64,000 nt of DNA, taken from assembly GCA_963771275.1 (NCBI GenBank), contig CAVYSW010000003.1, positions 1,248,001 through 1,312,000 on the forward strand, given 5' to 3'. The position numbers were made by a program, and so were the translations under genes. Below the pieces are notes generated by a model. The model had not been told where the DNA came from. It ran no database searches and saw only the letters and a list, made by a program, of their open reading frames with translations. The stretch comes from an uncultured Gemmatimonadales bacterium (GTDB taxonomy: Bacteria > Gemmatimonadota > Gemmatimonadetes > Gemmatimonadales > GWC2-71-9). Shown here piece by piece: positions 61,384-64,000 of this stretch (position 1 is its first letter; each line of letters begins with the position of its first letter).

Positions 61384-62509
61384 ATGAACCGCAAGACGGC
61401 GGCGGGCGCCATCGTGCTCGCTATCGGCTTGGCCAACACCGGCTGCAACGACGTGGTGAGCGCCCAGAACAACGACCTGGCGGAGATCCGCAGCATGCTG
61501 GAAACGGTGCTCGTCCGGCTCGATTCGATCGACGCCCGCATGGTGCGGCAGGACGACTGCCGCGGCCACGCAGCTCGCGGCTCTCAGCACGACGGTGGGC
61601 AAGATCGCCGTGGGGGTCGGCGTCGGCGTCGATCCGACCGTCGGCGGCCAGGCGCAGCTCGAGGGCAGCCTCTGCTTCCAGTATGGGTGGGAGGCGGCCG
61701 CACGGTTCCACTCGGCGATCACGCTGCGGGGGCGCGGCGACGCCATGGTCGGAGTGGACGGCTACGGCAACGGGGGAACCGCCAACATCGACGCGTTCGG
61801 CGGCCAGTCGATTGGCGTGATGCCGCAGGGTGGGGCCTCCGCCAACCTGCAGGTGTGCGCGAAGCTCTCCGGCCAGGCGGGGATCAACAGCGCCGCGGGC
61901 GCCGGGCCCAACATGCAGGTGACCGACGCGACCAAGATCCTGCTGCAGAACCTCATCGCGTCCGTCGGGTCGGACCAGCTCGCGGCCGCCGCCTCGGCCC
62001 GGAGCATGACGGGGCCGCGGGCGGCGCAGGCGCTGAGCGCCCTGACGTCCCTCTCGACCGGCGACCTGCCGTTCGGCGGCGGCGGCGCGGCCAACCTGGT
62101 GGGCGCACTCCCGCTTCCGACGGACATGAGCGCCCTGCTGACCGACCCCTCGAAGATCCTCGACAAGGCGGCCGATGCGGGCGCATACGCCGTGAACCGG
62201 ATCTGCGATCAGAAGCTGTTCACGGGGGAGTTCGCGGGGAAACTCAACGACGCGTGCAACCTGCGGAACCAGATGCCGAGCGGGACGACGTTGATCGCCA
62301 TCCTGCAGGGGCTCGACGGCCTGCCCGCGACGGTGGGGACCCTGCAGAACTCCATGAGCCAGGTGTGCAACACCCTGGGCACGATGGCCCCCGCCACGTT
62401 CTCGATTCCGGCAGTCACCGTGGATTTCCCGCTCGGGATCGGGACAATCCAGACCTTCCCGGGCTACAGCCGGCGGCTGTTCCCGGGGCTGTCGGCACCG
62501 TCCTGCTGA
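61384..62509 (+). CDS. Secreted/lipoprotein hypothetical; frameshift near 61559
   Basis: GGAGG SD, signal peptide ending NTGC, coiled coil; continues as AAATQLAALSTTVGKIAVG in another frame. Confidence 0.65.
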
Positions 62510-62534
62510 CCGGCGGAGCGGTCGCTCCGCGGAG

Positions 62535-63455
62535 CTACCTGCGCTTCCGCGGAGCGGCCTTCTTCACCGGACGCCGGGCCGGCTTGGCGGGCTTGGCCTT
62601 CCTGGCAAGCGCCTTCCTCGCGGGCTTCGCGACGGTCTTCTTCTTCGCCTTCGCCTTGGGCTTGGCCTTCGGCTTGGCGGCGGCCTTCGGCTTGCGCGCG
62701 TGCACGGCGATCGGCGCGCCCTGCGCGTCCATCAGAATGGCGATCCGGTCGCCACCCGGCACCTCCATCGGGCCGTGCATCACGGAGCCGCCGTGCTTGG
62801 GCACGAGCCCGACCACCCGGTCAGCGCTCGGCACGTGGACGTAGGGCAGCCAGTGGGCCACGGGGATCTCGGGCGGCCGGTTGTACATCCCACCCAGTGC
62901 CCGCGAACCGCCGGGGCGCCGGAACATCCAGTATGTGCCCATCGCGCCCATGTCCATCTGGGAGTCGTACTCCCAGCCGAACAACGCGCGGTAGAAGTCC
63001 CATGCCGCCTTCCAGTCGTCGGCGATGAACTCGTGCCACGAGAAATCCCCGAGCACGTAGTCTTCCGAGGCGGTGCCCGGCGTTTCGGGCTGGAACACCC
63101 CGATGGTCGCTCCCTGCGGGTCGCTGAGCACCGCGACCCGCCCCACGCTGGGCACATCCATCGGTGGGAAGTGGGTCCTGGCACCGAGGCCCGCCGCCAG
63201 GGCCACGGTCGCGTCGACATCGGGCACCGTGACGTAGGCGATCCAGTGCGGCGGGACACCGGCCCGGCGGGCCTCATCGGACAGGGGCATCACGCCGGCC
63301 ATCGGCACGCCCTTCCAGGCGAACATCCGGTAGTTGGGGTCCTTGTCCCAACTCATGACCGTCCAGCCGATCACCTGCTCGTAGAATCCGACCGCGGTGG
63401 GGTCGGCCGTCATCAGCTCATGCCAGACGAAGCGGCCGCGGGACACGACTGCCAT
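62535..63455 (-). CDS. Two-domain VOC (glyoxalase) protein with Lys/Ala-rich C-terminal tail
   Basis: GRFVWHELMT.DP, W..YV.V.DVD, DPQGA and FSWHE repeats; KPKAAAKPKAK tail. Confidence 0.9.
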   Translation of the reverse strand: MAVVSRGRFVWHELMTADPTAVGFYEQVIGWTVMSWDKDPNYRMFAWKGVPMAGVMPLSDEARRAGVPPHWIAYVTVPDVDATVALAAGLGARTHFPPMDVPSVGRVAVLSDPQGATIGVFQPETPGTASEDYVLGDFSWHEFIADDWKAAWDFYRALFGWEYDSQMDMGAMGTYWMFRRPGGSRALGGMYNRPPEIPVAHWLPYVHVPSADRVVGLVPKHGGSVMHGPMEVPGGDRIAILMDAQGAPIAVHARKPKAAAKPKAKPKAKAKKKTVAKPARKALARKAKPAKPARRPVKKAAPRKRR

Positions 63456-63714
63456 GCGAAGCTCCGGTTTGCTGGGGCTGATAAGGTACGCAGCCCCGAG
63501 GCTGGAATGCCAGTCCGTTCAGCGCGCCTCGGGAGGGGGGACCGGCCGCCCGACCAGGCCGAGCCGGAAGTACTGTCCGGTGGCGAGCGTGGTGACGGTC
63601 TCTGGTGATGACGATGGTCCTCCCCGGCGGCAGCGCGGACTTCATGCGAAGCAGCTCGTCGTGGGCGGGGCGTACCAGGCCCGTGAGCTGAAGGGTCTTT
63701 ACCGCGAGCAGGTT

Positions 63715-64000
63715 TCACCGCGGCAGGTACCGCTTGGGGAACTTGGCCACGACGGTGTACAGCGGGTCCACCACATTGGCGACGGTGCTCTCCACCACCT
63801 GGCCGAGCAGCGCGTAGGCGTCCCAGCGGTCGAACCCGTAGTCCTGCTCAAGCCACTCGACCAGCTCGACGTGCGCGATGCGGAACGCGTCGATCAGCGG
63901 CCGGCCGCTGCCGGCGACCATGATGTAGCGCTCGTCCTCGAGCCGCGGCCAGTCGATCGCCTTGCCCGTGATCACGCCGATCCGGAACACGACGTCCATG
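63715..64000 (-). CDS. Acetamidase/formamidase family protein, 3' end
   Basis: WPRLE....M..GS.RPL.DA.RIA..EL..W, VANVVDPLYTVVAKFPK. Confidence 0.8.
   Translation of the reverse strand, partial: MDVVFRIGVITGKAIDWPRLEDERYIMVAGSGRPLIDAFRIAHVELVEWLEQDYGFDRWDAYALLGQVVESTVANVVDPLYTVVAKFPKRYLPR

Overview
This is a high-GC bacterial chromosome segment. Gene content suggests Gemmatimonadota (Hanks kinase-TPR, BlaI/M56-TonB pair, pilin-like domains); this is inference only. The left ~36 kb is housekeeping and envelope genes: S9 peptidase, DAACS symporter, SDR, Nudix, an RDD-SpoIIM/DUF4129/DUF4350/MoxR/DUF58 cluster, TupA, GH109, a twin-lipoprotein/sigma54-activator/TPR operon, nadE, mlaE-(mutY)-mlaF-mlaD, rnz and two tRNAs. 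After tRNA-Gln the region looks accessory. It holds a 26-bp tRNA duplication (att-like scar), DUF559, three toxin-antitoxin pairs (YefM-YoeB, VapBC, HipBA), ORF6N and several unknown secreted proteins. The main unexplained signals are: (i) heptamer tandem arrays at gene ends, often paired into long hairpins and twice followed by a near-identical leaderless promoter; (ii) a (GAAAAGT)6 array that forms an exact start/stop relay between two genes; (iii) an unannotated 47-aa membrane protein with an ATT start, a strong SD and its own terminator; (iv) a degenerate 21-nt array beside the att scar; (v) a [pilin-like-TonB_C]x2 protein. Several single-base frameshifts are probably assembly errors. All product calls come from motif recognition by eye; no database was searched.
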